Shown: piece by piece, positions 16,728-26,916 of the stretch | Numbering within the stretch: position 1 is the stretch's first letter | Layout: every line of letters starts with the position of its first letter | Assembly: GCA_964429135.1 (NCBI GenBank) | Contig: CAYSAU010000004.1 | Location: 31,499-95,498, forward strand | DNA: 64,000 nt | Reading direction: 5' to 3' | Origin: an uncultured Prolixibacteraceae bacterium | GTDB taxonomy: Bacteria; Bacteroidota; Bacteroidia; Bacteroidales; FEN-979 | Program-made: the position numbers and the translations under genes | Notes under the pieces: model-generated | Databases searched by the model: none | Seen by the model: only the letters and a program-made list of their open reading frames with translations | What the model was told of the DNA's origin: nothing

Positions 16728-18910
16728 AACCAATCTACCTTGACTATAATGCCACAACACCAATGGCAAAGGAAGTCATCACTGCGATGATCCCCTTTTT
16801 CAACGATTTATTTGGAAACCCTTCCAGTAAGCATGCGTATGGACTGGAAGCTAAAAAAGCAATAGAGAATGCTAGAAAAAAAGTAGCCTGTCTTCTGCAT
16901 GCTCATCAGGATGAAATTATTTTTACCAGCGGTGGAACAGAAGCAAACAACCTTGCCATTAAAGGGATAGCCTTCTCAATGAAAGGGAGAGGAAATCATA
17001 TTATTACTTCCTCCATTGAACATCCGGCCGTTATGGAAGTTTGCAGGTTCCTTGAAACACAGGGCTTTCAGATCACCTATTTACCGGTTGATGTGATGGG
17101 GAAAGTAAACCCTTCAGAGGTGGAAAAAAGTATCCGTCCGGAAACCATTTTGATCTCCATTATGCATGCGAACAATGAAGTGGGTACGATTCAACCAATA
17201 ACTAAAATTGCTGAAATTGCTCATCAGAGAAATATTCTTATGCATACTGACGCTGCTCAAAGCATTGGAAAGATTCCTGTAAAGATAAGTGAACTAAAGG
17301 TGGATTTGCTCTCCGTGGCCGGTCATAAATTATATGCACCCAAAGGGATAGGTGCCCTGTACATTCGCAGGGGTGTTCATCTGGAAAAGCAAATTCATGG
17401 AGCTGATCATGAAACCAACCTCAGGGCGGGTACGGAAAATGTTATGCAAATTGTGGGTTTAGGTGTGGCTGCAGACCTTTGCGCTGAATATGATACGCTG
17501 GATTTGAAAATATTGCGCGATCAGCTTTATCATGGAATTCTTGCAGAAATTCCAAATGTCAGATTAAACGGACATCCTGACGACCGGCTTCCGAATACGC
17601 TGAGTATTGGATTCCCTGGTGTTGATGCCTCCATCTTGCTTAATGAAATGGTAAATATTGCTGCTTCAGCAGGAGCTGCATGCCATTCGGAGGATGAAAA
17701 AGTTTCTGGTGTCCTCTCTGCCATGAGGGTTAACCCTGAATATGCCCTGGGAACGATACGTTTTTCGCTGGGAAGAATGACGACAGATGAAGAAATTAAA
17801 CAGGCTGTCTCAGCGATCGTTGAAGCATATCATAGGCTAAGGGGAAATGAACAGAATGGAAAGATTGGGCAGTCAGGTTCTGTAAAATTGACAGAGTATT
17901 CCCATACATTGGGCTGTGCATGTAAAATATCTCCCCAACATTTAAAAAAAATCCTTAGCGATCTTCCATCTTATCCTGATGCTAATGTCCTTGTTGATCA
18001 TCTTACCAGTGATGATGCAGCAGTTTACCGGATCAATGATGAGAGTGCGTTAGTGGAAACAGTGGATGTCATTCCTCCGGTTGTAGATGATCCTTACACT
18101 TATGGAGCAATTGCTGCAGCCAATGCGCTTAGTGATATTTATGCCATGGGAGCAGAACCGATTTTTGCCCTGAGTATTTTGGCATTTCCTGAAAAAAGGC
18201 TCCCCACTGAGATTCTCCGGAGGATTTTGAAAGGAGGGGAGGATAAAGCGGCTGAGGCAGGGATCAGAATCATTGGAGGGCATAGCCTTGAAGATCCAGG
18301 ACTGAAATTTGGTATGGTGATTACCGGGAAAGTTCACCCTGAAAAGATTTTACGAAATTCCACAGCTAAGCCGGGTGATGCACTGATTCTGACCAAACCC
18401 CTTGGGACAGGCATCCTGACAACAGCAATGAAACGGGGATTGGCCGATCCGGAACATATTCACGCTGCCATTGCCTCCATGATTGAACTCAATCGGGTTG
18501 CCGCCAGGGTGATGAGAAGTTATCCGGTGAATGCTTGCACGGATGTGACAGGTTTCGGATTGTTGGGACACTTGAAGGAAATTCTTGATGGCGCGAGATT
18601 GAGTGCTGTAATTGATGCATCAAAAATTCCCGTTTTGAATGGTAGTTGGGAGAATGCAGCAGCCGGGACAATACCTGGAGGAACTTGGAATAATCTGGAA
18701 TTTACCAAACCGATAACACACTGGGAAAGCAGTGTCCCGGAAACTCTCCGGCTTATCCTCGCGGATGCCCAGACTTCAGGAGGATTACTGATTACCTTAC
18801 CCCTTGACCAGGCTGATGCTATGCTGGATGAACTGCAGGGCTGCGGTTGTATTCATGCGCGGCAAATTGGCCTTATCATTGAAGGGAAAACTGAAATTTT
18901 CGTTCGGTAA
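16724..18910 (+). CDS. selD: Fusion protein: NifS-like cysteine desulfurase/selenocysteine lyase (aa 1-~375) + selenide, water dikinase SelD (aa ~387-728)
   Basis: The N-terminal domain has a PLP lysine (SVAGHKLY, K202) and a catalytic Cys (SAGAACHS, C320). After the linker RGNEQNGKIGQSGS, the segment VKLTEYSHTLGCACKISP matches the SelD N-terminal motif (E. coli LTQYSHGAGCGCKISP), with Cys, not Sec, at the Cys17-equivalent position. A PurM-like fold follows. ATGA overlap with the selU stop. Confidence 0.85.
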   Translation: MKPIYLDYNATTPMAKEVITAMIPFFNDLFGNPSSKHAYGLEAKKAIENARKKVACLLHAHQDEIIFTSGGTEANNLAIKGIAFSMKGRGNHIITSSIEHPAVMEVCRFLETQGFQITYLPVDVMGKVNPSEVEKSIRPETILISIMHANNEVGTIQPITKIAEIAHQRNILMHTDAAQSIGKIPVKISELKVDLLSVAGHKLYAPKGIGALYIRRGVHLEKQIHGADHETNLRAGTENVMQIVGLGVAADLCAEYDTLDLKILRDQLYHGILAEIPNVRLNGHPDDRLPNTLSIGFPGVDASILLNEMVNIAASAGAACHSEDEKVSGVLSAMRVNPEYALGTIRFSLGRMTTDEEIKQAVSAIVEAYHRLRGNEQNGKIGQSGSVKLTEYSHTLGCACKISPQHLKKILSDLPSYPDANVLVDHLTSDDAAVYRINDESALVETVDVIPPVVDDPYTYGAIAAANALSDIYAMGAEPIFALSILAFPEKRLPTEILRRILKGGEDKAAEAGIRIIGGHSLEDPGLKFGMVITGKVHPEKILRNSTAKPGDALILTKPLGTGILTTAMKRGLADPEHIHAAIASMIELNRVAARVMRSYPVNACTDVTGFGLLGHLKEILDGARLSAVIDASKIPVLNGSWENAAAGTIPGGTWNNLEFTKPITHWESSVPETLRLILADAQTSGGLLITLPLDQADAMLDELQGCGCIHARQIGLIIEGKTEIFVR

Positions 18911-18926
18911 GTTGGGAACCTTTGGC

Positions 18927-18960
18927 TTTCTTCTTTTCATCGGATTGAAGAAACTTTTTA
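18927..18960 (+). terminator. Weak candidate terminator after selD fusion
   Basis: A 7-bp AT-rich stem (TTTCTTC 18927-18933 with GAAGAAA 18947-18953), a 13-nt loop, then CTTTTTA. Thermodynamically weak. Confidence 0.3.
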
Positions 18961-18992
18961 CCTCGGTTTTGTTTCGCCGTATTTATTTTTTC

Positions 18993-19000
18993 TATCTTTG
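18993..19000 (+). promoter_or_regulatory. Candidate -7 box TATCTTTG for TetR-TolC pair
   Basis: Matches TAnnTTTG. It overlaps the GTG start given by the ORF track (19000), which argues for the downstream ATG at 19015 as the true start. Confidence 0.45.
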
Positions 19001-19014
19001 TGACTCAATATTTC

Positions 19015-19659
19015 ATGCAGGCAATGATAATGGATAGTTCTTTGGTGGACATTCTGGAAAGGGTTCGGGAACTTTTTTTCAAATACGGGGTTAGGAGTAT
19101 ATCGATGGATGATATATGCCGGGATATTGGCATTTCAAAAAAGAAACTCTATCGGTTTGTCCATAGTAAAAATGAATTGGTTGAGAAATTGCTTGAACTG
19201 GAGCGAGAAAATTTTGAAATTATTTTTGAAAAAAACAATTTTGATGGGGTCAACGCAATTGATGTCTTATTGATAGTCAGTCATGACGTGGGAGATCGTT
19301 TCAAAGATGTAAGCCCTTCCATGACTTTCGACCTGAAAAAATATTACCCGGAGATTTATCATCATCATGTCGAAAGCAGAATTGAGTTCGTTTACCAGAA
19401 TATCAAGCTGAATATCCAGAAAGGGATCAGACAGGGTATGTATCGTGATGATTTAAGTGTCGAACTGGTAGCACGGTTGTATATTCGTCGTTTAATTGAT
19501 TTGCATAACCCTGAATTTTTTCCCGCGGATAAGTTTTCATTTCAAACCCTCTTCGATGTCATGTTCGATAATTTCATCCGTGGAATTGCCAATGAAGAAG
19601 GTACAAAGTACTATGAAAAGCAGAAACGGAAAGTGAATTTAAAAAAATTTTATCAATGA
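19015..19659 (+). CDS. TetR/AcrR family transcriptional regulator
   Basis: N-terminal HTH (SISMDDICRDIGISKKKLYRFVHSKNELV). The ORF track start is 19000; in-frame ATGs occur at 19015, 19024 and 19030. Confidence 0.85.
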   Translation: MQAMIMDSSLVDILERVRELFFKYGVRSISMDDICRDIGISKKKLYRFVHSKNELVEKLLELERENFEIIFEKNNFDGVNAIDVLLIVSHDVGDRFKDVSPSMTFDLKKYYPEIYHHHVESRIEFVYQNIKLNIQKGIRQGMYRDDLSVELVARLYIRRLIDLHNPEFFPADKFSFQTLFDVMFDNFIRGIANEEGTKYYEKQKRKVNLKKFYQ

Positions 19660-21014
19660 TCAGATATCGCATCCTCCTGGTTTTATTTTTCTGTCTGCGG
19701 TTTTTTCATACAGGCCTGGCACAGCAGGAGAGTGACGCAGTTCCCGGTCTGACTTTTTCGATGCAGCAAGCTCAGGATTATGCGTATGAGCATAATTATG
19801 ATCTGAAAAATTCTGCTTTTGATGTCGAGATCGCGAGAAAAATGGTAAAGCAAAATACGGCCATTGGCTTGCCTCAAATCAATGGCAATATTGAATACAA
19901 TGATTTTATTGATCGCCCGACTTCCCTGCTGCCCGGTGAATTCTTCGGAAAACCGGGAACCGAGATCCCAGTTCAATTTGGTACAAAATATAATACGACA
20001 TTCAAGGCTACGCTAACCCAGTTGGTCTATAGCGGGCAATACCTTGTTGGATTGCAGACCGCTAAAGCATACCTGGAAACAGTTAGGGAGAAAAACCTGA
20101 AAGACAAAATTGATGTCAGGGATCTGGTGGCTGACGCTTATATCAGGGTCTTGGTCATTGAGCAAAGCCTGGCCATTCTGGATTCGACTTATATCGTTGT
20201 CAGTAAACTTGTGGATGAGGCTAAAAAAAGTTATCAGCAGGGCTTGATTGAAGATATCGATGTGGATCAGGCCGACCTGAACCGTTCTAATTTGGAGGCC
20301 CAGTTGGCTGATCTCCAAAGCAACCGGAATGTTGCTTATGCAATGTTGAAATTTTTAATTGGACTAAAAGACAACCAACCGATTAGCCTATCCGATAAAC
20401 TAGATTATTTTCTTGCACAGGTTGACCGGGATGCTTTGATCAATCAACCTTTTAACTATGAAAGGAACATTGATTACCTGCTGCTGAAAAAATCGGATTA
20501 CCTGATTCTGATGCAGTATAAACTTGCTAAAACCGCTTATCATCCCACCCTGGCTGGATTCATTGGTATTTCGGAAAATGCCCAACGTAATTCCTGGAAT
20601 TTCTTTAAATCAAATGAACCCTGGTATCGCACCACAAACTGGGGTTTATCCCTTAGCATACCGATCTGGAGTAGCGGAAGCCGGAAATATTCAGTGGATC
20701 AGGCCAGACTGAATGTGGAAAAAACAAAAGTCAGCGATGAAAAACTCAGGGTTGGACTTGAATTACAGGTTGAGACAGCAAAAAAAGATTTCAACAATGC
20801 ATATTTTGTATACAAGAACAAAATGAAAGGGTTTGAAACTGCGCTGAAAATATATCAGAAAACCATGGCAAAATACAATCTGGGGGTTTCTTCCAGCACC
20901 GACTTAAATCAGCGATACACCCAGTTCCTTCAAGCCAATAGTGATTATATGCAATCCATGTACACAGTACTGAGCAGCAAAATCAAACTGAATAAACTGC
21001 TTGAAACATTCTGA
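19656..21014 (+). CDS. TolC-family outer membrane efflux protein
   Basis: 452 aa with a signal peptide and two OEP-type repeats. ATGA overlap with the TetR stop. Confidence 0.85.
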   Translation: MIRYRILLVLFFCLRFFHTGLAQQESDAVPGLTFSMQQAQDYAYEHNYDLKNSAFDVEIARKMVKQNTAIGLPQINGNIEYNDFIDRPTSLLPGEFFGKPGTEIPVQFGTKYNTTFKATLTQLVYSGQYLVGLQTAKAYLETVREKNLKDKIDVRDLVADAYIRVLVIEQSLAILDSTYIVVSKLVDEAKKSYQQGLIEDIDVDQADLNRSNLEAQLADLQSNRNVAYAMLKFLIGLKDNQPISLSDKLDYFLAQVDRDALINQPFNYERNIDYLLLKKSDYLILMQYKLAKTAYHPTLAGFIGISENAQRNSWNFFKSNEPWYRTTNWGLSLSIPIWSSGSRKYSVDQARLNVEKTKVSDEKLRVGLELQVETAKKDFNNAYFVYKNKMKGFETALKIYQKTMAKYNLGVSSSTDLNQRYTQFLQANSDYMQSMYTVLSSKIKLNKLLETF

Positions 21015-24000
21015 TTATTTCGCTAATTTCCTGTTGGATTTTCTACGTTTAAGCCAGATATTCATACGTACATCGATCAATAATAAGGCCGGAACAAAGA
21101 CCAGGGTTAGGAAGGTGGCAAAGCTCAATCCGAAAATGATGGTCCAGGATAGAGGTCCCCAGAATAAAACATTATCTCCCCCGAAATATAAATGAGGATT
21201 GAGTTCTGTAAAGAGGGTGATGAAGTTGATATTCATGCCAACGGCCAATGGTACAAGACCCAGCATGGTCGCGGTGGCCGTAAGCACCACTGGCGTGACC
21301 CTGGTTTTTCCAGCCTGAATAATGGCTTCTTTTGTTTTCAATCCCCTAGATTTCAATTCATCAGCAAACTCAACAATCAGTATTCCATTTCTCACCACGA
21401 TACCTCCCAATGCTACGATCCCGAGTCCGGTCATGATCACACTGATCGGCATATGAAAGATGGCAATTCCCAGAAGTACGCCGATGATGCTGAAAATGAC
21501 CTCGCTGAGTATGATCAGTGATTTGCTGAGGGATCCAAATTGGGTGATAAGGATAAAAAAGATCAGACCAATGGCAATCATCATTGCTTTGGTCAGGAAA
21601 ATCATGGTTTCTGCCTGATCCTCTCTTTCGCCCGTAAGGGTAATTTCCACACCCTTTGGTTTTTCAAAGGAAGGAATTGTTTTATTGATCATGGCGACAA
21701 TTTCATTCGCAGTATAGCCTGAAAGGACTTCTGAGGATATGGTAATCACCCGCTTAAGATTTTTCCTGTGGATCCCCCCGTAAGTATCTTTGTACTGGAT
21801 GCTGGCTACTGAAGAAATCGGAATCTGCCGTAATTGTCCGGAATTCATATCACGGTAAGTGATTTTTGCATTGATGACCTGGTTAATACTTTTTCTTTCC
21901 TTCTCGGAATACCTGAGCTGGATAGGATATTCGTCTTCATCTTCCTTGTATTTAGAAACCTCTTTCCCATAGATCCCAGTTCGTAATTCCATCCCGATCT
22001 GACCAAGGGATAAGCCCTCACGGTTCGCACGAACTCTGTCAATGTTGATGATTATCTCAGGCTTATTGTTGTCGAAATCACTTTTCAGCTTTTCAATCCC
22101 GGGAATGTGAATGGAATCCAGAAAACTCTTAAATGCATTGGCCGTGGGAATTAACTCATCCAGATTTTCACCGCTGATCTCAATGTTGATTGGCTTTCCT
22201 GTCGGCGGCCCCATTTTGTTCTTTTCCACGCTAAGCGTGACTCCGGGTATGTTGTTCAGGTTTTCACGAACTTCATCCATGTATTTTTGGGTAGAAACGT
22301 TATTCCGGAATTTGCTTTCGATAAAATTTACCGTGATTTTTCCCTTGTTGGAAGAAACCGAACGATCGAACATCCCTTCACCGGCACCAAAACCTACGTT
22401 GGAAATCACGGATTCAACGATGGGATTGTTTTTGCCCAGAACGGCATAAACCCTTTGTTCAACCAGTTTGGTTACAGAGTCTGTAATGCTTTGATCAGTT
22501 CCTTCAGGTAATTTAATATAAACAATCACGCTCGATGGCATGTTGTTCGGGAAGAAAAGCACCTTGGGCTTTGTCAATCCGGTGATAAAAATGGCGACAA
22601 AAAATAATACGATTACCGCATAAAACAAATACCAGGGATTTCTTCCTTTCAGGAAGAATAAAAGGGCTTTCTCATAAATCCTCATTATCCAGGGCCATGT
22701 TCTAGTTTGGAATTTTGCAATGGCATTTTTAAGTATCAACCGATAGAAGGCATTAAGAATCATGGCAAGAATCAAAATATTTCCGATGGCAAATCCTCCG
22801 GCAATATAACTGATGAAGGCCATAACCAGCATAACCGTACTATGGATAAGGAGTTTTTTCTTATTGGCTTTATGCTCAACCTCATCGTATTCATGTTTCA
22901 TAAAAGTCACGGCAAAGACAGGATTGATAATATAAGCCACAAAGAGTGAAGCAAATAAAGTCAGGATTAAAGTTACTGGAAGATAATGCATGAATTTCCC
23001 GACAATTCCGGGCCAAAAAGCCAATGGAAAGAAAGGCGCCAGGGTAGTTAGGGTTCCTGAAAGAATAGGCAGAAATACTTCTCCGGCTGCATGTTTGGCC
23101 GCTTTGACAATATCAGGTTCATCCCGGTGTAGCCGGTGTGTATTTTCTATCACGACTATGGCATCATCCACGATGATACCCAGTGCAAAGATGAATCCAA
23201 ACATCACGATCATGTTCATAGTAAATCCAAGACTGGGCATGATAAGGTAGGCAACAAACATGGAAAGTGGTACTGATAAGGCAACAAAGAAAGCGTTATT
23301 GAATCCCATGAAGAACATCAGCACGATCACCACCATGATGAATCCGATAATGATGGTATTATTCAGTTCTTCAAGTGTACTTTTGGTGAAACGGGACTGG
23401 TCACCGGTGATGGTTACTTTCAGATCAGGTGGGTAATTGTCCTTTTTCAGGTCACTGATGATCTCCTTGATTTCATCCGAAGCCTTGATCAGATTTTCTC
23501 CGCTTTTTTTTATGACGTTGAGGGTGATTACGTTTTTTCCGTCAAAACGGGCAAAACTCTCCTGTTCCTTAAATGAGTCTTTTATTTCTGCGATGTCCTG
23601 AATATACACGATGGCTCCACTGGCCGATTTCAGCATGATGGTCTTGATCTGATCAGGGGTCGAAAACTGACCAGCCAGGCGAATGGTGTATTTTGTTCCG
23701 AAAGAAGTGATGGTTCCGGCTGAGATGGTCACATTTTCAGCCGAAATGGCTGATTCAATATCACGAAAGGACACGCTAGCGGCCTGCATTTTATACATAT
23801 CGACATCCACCTGGATTTCACGTTCAAGAGCCCCGACAATGTCAACACGGGTGATTTCTTTCAGGGTTTCAATTTTATCCTGGGCATCTTCTGCATACTT
23901 TTTCAAACGCTGAAGATCGTAATCCCCGGCAAGATTGATATTCATAATCGGAATTTCCGAAAGATCAATTTCTTTAATATCCGGGTCCTTGGGAAGGTTA

Positions 24001-24392
24001 TTGGGAAGATCAGTCTTGGACTTGTCAACGGCATCCCTAACCCTCTGCTTGGCTTCGGAAATTTCAATTCCGGGGTTAAATTCTACCACTATTGTGGAAA
24101 AATCTTGTATCGAATTGCTGGTGATTTTCTTGACATCGGCCAGTGATTTGCATTGTTTCTCAATGGGGCGGGTTACCAGATTTTCCATATCCTCGGGAGA
24201 GGTGCCTGGATAAACGGTATTCACCAGAATAGTAGGAATAACAATTTCCGGCAATTGTTCTTTAGGAATACTGAAATATGAAAGCAATCCCAAAGTGGTA
24301 ATGATAATAGTCAGCACATAGATGCTCACTTTGTTGTCGATAGCCCAACTGGTTGCAAAAAATTCTTTGACCCTATTCTTCTTGTTTTTCAT
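21015..24392 (-). CDS. RND efflux transporter permease (AcrB/HAE1 family)
   Basis: 1125 aa with the 12-TM plus two large periplasmic loops architecture and typical AcrB-family sequence throughout. Confidence 0.95.
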   Translation of the reverse strand: MKNKKNRVKEFFATSWAIDNKVSIYVLTIIITTLGLLSYFSIPKEQLPEIVIPTILVNTVYPGTSPEDMENLVTRPIEKQCKSLADVKKITSNSIQDFSTIVVEFNPGIEISEAKQRVRDAVDKSKTDLPNNLPKDPDIKEIDLSEIPIMNINLAGDYDLQRLKKYAEDAQDKIETLKEITRVDIVGALEREIQVDVDMYKMQAASVSFRDIESAISAENVTISAGTITSFGTKYTIRLAGQFSTPDQIKTIMLKSASGAIVYIQDIAEIKDSFKEQESFARFDGKNVITLNVIKKSGENLIKASDEIKEIISDLKKDNYPPDLKVTITGDQSRFTKSTLEELNNTIIIGFIMVVIVLMFFMGFNNAFFVALSVPLSMFVAYLIMPSLGFTMNMIVMFGFIFALGIIVDDAIVVIENTHRLHRDEPDIVKAAKHAAGEVFLPILSGTLTTLAPFFPLAFWPGIVGKFMHYLPVTLILTLFASLFVAYIINPVFAVTFMKHEYDEVEHKANKKKLLIHSTVMLVMAFISYIAGGFAIGNILILAMILNAFYRLILKNAIAKFQTRTWPWIMRIYEKALLFFLKGRNPWYLFYAVIVLFFVAIFITGLTKPKVLFFPNNMPSSVIVYIKLPEGTDQSITDSVTKLVEQRVYAVLGKNNPIVESVISNVGFGAGEGMFDRSVSSNKGKITVNFIESKFRNNVSTQKYMDEVRENLNNIPGVTLSVEKNKMGPPTGKPINIEISGENLDELIPTANAFKSFLDSIHIPGIEKLKSDFDNNKPEIIINIDRVRANREGLSLGQIGMELRTGIYGKEVSKYKEDEDEYPIQLRYSEKERKSINQVINAKITYRDMNSGQLRQIPISSVASIQYKDTYGGIHRKNLKRVITISSEVLSGYTANEIVAMINKTIPSFEKPKGVEITLTGEREDQAETMIFLTKAMMIAIGLIFFILITQFGSLSKSLIILSEVIFSIIGVLLGIAIFHMPISVIMTGLGIVALGGIVVRNGILIVEFADELKSRGLKTKEAIIQAGKTRVTPVVLTATATMLGLVPLAVGMNINFITLFTELNPHLYFGGDNVLFWGPLSWTIIFGLSFATFLTLVFVPALLLIDVRMNIWLKRRKSNRKLAK

Positions 24393-24402
24393 GCTTTATT
24401 CA

Positions 24403-25521
24403 TTAAAACTCGATGGGCTGTCCATCATAAAGATCTTTATAACCAGCAGTAATAATTTTATCTCCTTCGTTAAGGCCGCTCACAATCTCTGTCAGACCGT
24501 TGAATGAAATAAAAGAGATCACGGATTTTTTACGTGCCAGTTTTTTCCCATTCTCTTCTGAAGCGACAAAAACAAATTGCCCATCATTTCTTGAATTCTG
24601 TATAAAATTCTGAGGAATAGCCACCGTTGAAGGATTGTCATAATCCTTAATTCGCAAAACTGCGATCATATTGGCACGAAAAGTAATATGGTTAACCGGA
24701 AGTTCCACTTCCACCAAAAAAGTACGGTTGGTTGGATTGATGTATTTGCTCGCAAAAGTAACCTTCTGGTCCAGTTCCTGGTTAAAATCTGGTAAAAAAA
24801 CTTTAACTGGTGCTCCCGTCTTTATTTTGGAGGAATAGGCCTCACCGACATCGGCAAGTGCTTTTGCCTTTGAAAAATTCACGATCCTGAATGCAGGAAT
24901 GGGGGATGCAGAGGAAGCCATCTGCCCAACTTTAATTGGGATATCTTCCACATTTCCATCAATGGGGGAGGTGATGACCGACATCTTAATCTGATCCTGT
25001 AAAGTGTTGATGCCGTTTTGAGCAGATTCCATGTCGTTCTTGGTTTTGAGATACTGAACTTCAGAACCTATTTTCTGATCCCAGAGGGTCTTCTGCCGTT
25101 CATAAATATCCGTAAGAAAGGCAAGTTTGTTTTGAAGATCCTTGAGTTGCTGTTTCAGCACATCGGCATCCAGTTCAGCTAACACCTGTCCTTTTGTTAC
25201 GTAATCGCCTTCTTTAACAAGAATTTTTGTGACGACACCGCCCTGGTTTCTTGGACTGACACCGATGTTCTCATTGCCATCAATTCTCCCCTGAACTTCA
25301 ATGTAATGCTGAAATGATTGCTTTTTAATCGGCTCAACGATAACCTTGGTGGCAGATACCGAACCCATTGGATGAAGTTCCTTTTCCAGCTTCAGAATTT
25401 CCTGGGTTATATTATTTCTTTCCTTTTTCAGTTGTTCCAGCCTGAGCTTTTTATCCCCTTCCTTACTTCCGCAGGAAAGAAGAAAAAAAACAAGCCCAAC
25501 AAAAAAAAATAAATTTTTCAT
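24403..25521 (-). CDS. RND efflux periplasmic adaptor (membrane fusion protein), lipoprotein
   Basis: HlyD/MFP-like with coiled-coil and barrel-sandwich regions and the lipobox FFLLSC. The ORF track start at 25545 is TTG and lies inside the -7 box, so the ATG at 25521 is preferred. Confidence 0.9.
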   Translation of the reverse strand: MKNLFFFVGLVFFLLSCGSKEGDKKLRLEQLKKERNNITQEILKLEKELHPMGSVSATKVIVEPIKKQSFQHYIEVQGRIDGNENIGVSPRNQGGVVTKILVKEGDYVTKGQVLAELDADVLKQQLKDLQNKLAFLTDIYERQKTLWDQKIGSEVQYLKTKNDMESAQNGINTLQDQIKMSVITSPIDGNVEDIPIKVGQMASSASPIPAFRIVNFSKAKALADVGEAYSSKIKTGAPVKVFLPDFNQELDQKVTFASKYINPTNRTFLVEVELPVNHITFRANMIAVLRIKDYDNPSTVAIPQNFIQNSRNDGQFVFVASEENGKKLARKKSVISFISFNGLTEIVSGLNEGDKIITAGYKDLYDGQPIEF

Positions 25522-25542
25522 AGAAGAAATGTTTTTGGAGCG

Positions 25543-25550
25543 CAAAGATA
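25543..25550 (-). promoter_or_regulatory. Candidate -7 box TATCTTTG for MFP-RND operon
   Basis: The reverse complement of caaagata lies 22 nt upstream of the ATG at 25521. Confidence 0.45.
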
Positions 25551-25663
25551 GAAATTTCCAGAGCAGGTAAAAAACTTTTTAGGCGAAAATCGTTTCCGTG
25601 TACTCTTTTAATGCTTTTTTTGTATCTTTATTTTTTCAATAGAAAAAGTTTATCAGGATAAAA

Positions 25664-26905
25664 ATGAAAAGAAAAAGGGTGATGATATGCTTGTCAGTAG
25701 GTTTAATGACAGTTTTTTCTGCCATATCCCAGACAAATTGGTATAAAATTCCACAATTTGCGGTACCTCTTGCGGTGGTTTCCGAGAATATAGGATTCAG
25801 CTGTCTAAATGAAAGTTTAGGATCCCATGGGAATAAATATACCCTTTTTAAATCTATCGATGGGATGTGCAGTTATACAGTTATTAAATCTAATTATGGA
25901 GACCTTGGTGGGGTTTATTTGGCAGAACTTTTCTTCTGCAATGATACGCTTGGATTTATAGCAGAATCTGATAAAGGATTTCCTTCATTTTTTAGAACAT
26001 TGGACGGAGGGGGTCATTGGCAAAACATATCAGGAGACGGAAACGTTTCAAATTTTAAAATATTTTTTTTAAATAAAAACTTGGGATATTATTGTTTTTA
26101 TCCGGAAGGGTCCAATTACAGTTATCTGAGGAAATATGAGAATGGAATTATTCGTCCTATTTTAGAAACGCATCAATATTTATTTAAACAACCGGTGATT
26201 TTTTTCAAGTCAGATGTTCTGGGTTTTATACTTTGTGATGATTCCTTGGGTGGACATGTCATTCTCCGTACGCAGGATTCAGGATTATCATGGATGGAAG
26301 TCCTAAGGGATTCTCTGAATAAATTCCGTGATTTTTGTTTTATCAATGATACTATGGCCATAACTATTGGGGATAATGCGACTATATACATTTCTTACGA
26401 CCAAGGATCTGCCTGGAAGAAAATCCAGCTTCCCTGGACACAACATCTCAATTCGGTTTATTTTTATAGGGACAGTCTTGGATATGTTGCTGGAAATAAT
26501 GGCTTATTAATCTCCATGAAAATATCATCACTGGGTCTTGATTACCATTCTGTAGAATTTCCATCAGAAAAAAACCTTAAATATGTCAGGGTTTTTGGCG
26601 AAAATAAATGCTTTGTAATAGAAACAGATGGTTCTTTGTATCGTAATTTTTCACCTCAAGGCACGGTCAACATTAATACTGACTATTTCAATATTTTCCC
26701 CAACCCCGTTAATGATATATTATTTATTGAACCCCGGAATCATGTCGTGGAATTTGAAATCAAGCTGATTTCTTGTCTTGGGAGAGAGATACTATTAGGT
26801 AATAACATCAGAAAGATTGATTTTACAAATTATTCCTCCGGAGTCTATTTTATTCTTTTTATGGGAAAAGGAACTTTTGCAGTGAAAAAGATACTAAAAC
26901 AATAA
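25664..26905 (+). CDS. BNR/Asp-box beta-propeller protein (Ycf48/sialidase-like) with T9SS C-terminal sorting domain
   Basis: 413 aa with a signal peptide and Asp-box motifs (TLDGGGHW, TQDSGLSW, SYDQGSAW). The C-terminus (FNIFPNPVNDILFIEP...SSGVYFILFMGKGTFAVKKILKQ) is a type-A Por secretion tail. Confidence 0.75.
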   Translation: MKRKRVMICLSVGLMTVFSAISQTNWYKIPQFAVPLAVVSENIGFSCLNESLGSHGNKYTLFKSIDGMCSYTVIKSNYGDLGGVYLAELFFCNDTLGFIAESDKGFPSFFRTLDGGGHWQNISGDGNVSNFKIFFLNKNLGYYCFYPEGSNYSYLRKYENGIIRPILETHQYLFKQPVIFFKSDVLGFILCDDSLGGHVILRTQDSGLSWMEVLRDSLNKFRDFCFINDTMAITIGDNATIYISYDQGSAWKKIQLPWTQHLNSVYFYRDSLGYVAGNNGLLISMKISSLGLDYHSVEFPSEKNLKYVRVFGENKCFVIETDGSLYRNFSPQGTVNINTDYFNIFPNPVNDILFIEPRNHVVEFEIKLISCLGREILLGNNIRKIDFTNYSSGVYFILFMGKGTFAVKKILKQ

Positions 26906-26916
26906 ACATTAGAAAA

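Noticed and set aside
15693-18910. Selenocysteine-encoding (in-frame TGA) genes near the selenium operon, including SelD itself.
   Set aside because: The SelD domain has TGT (Cys) at 17915-17917 rather than TGA. I saw no pair of same-frame ORFs separated by a single TGA anywhere in the window.
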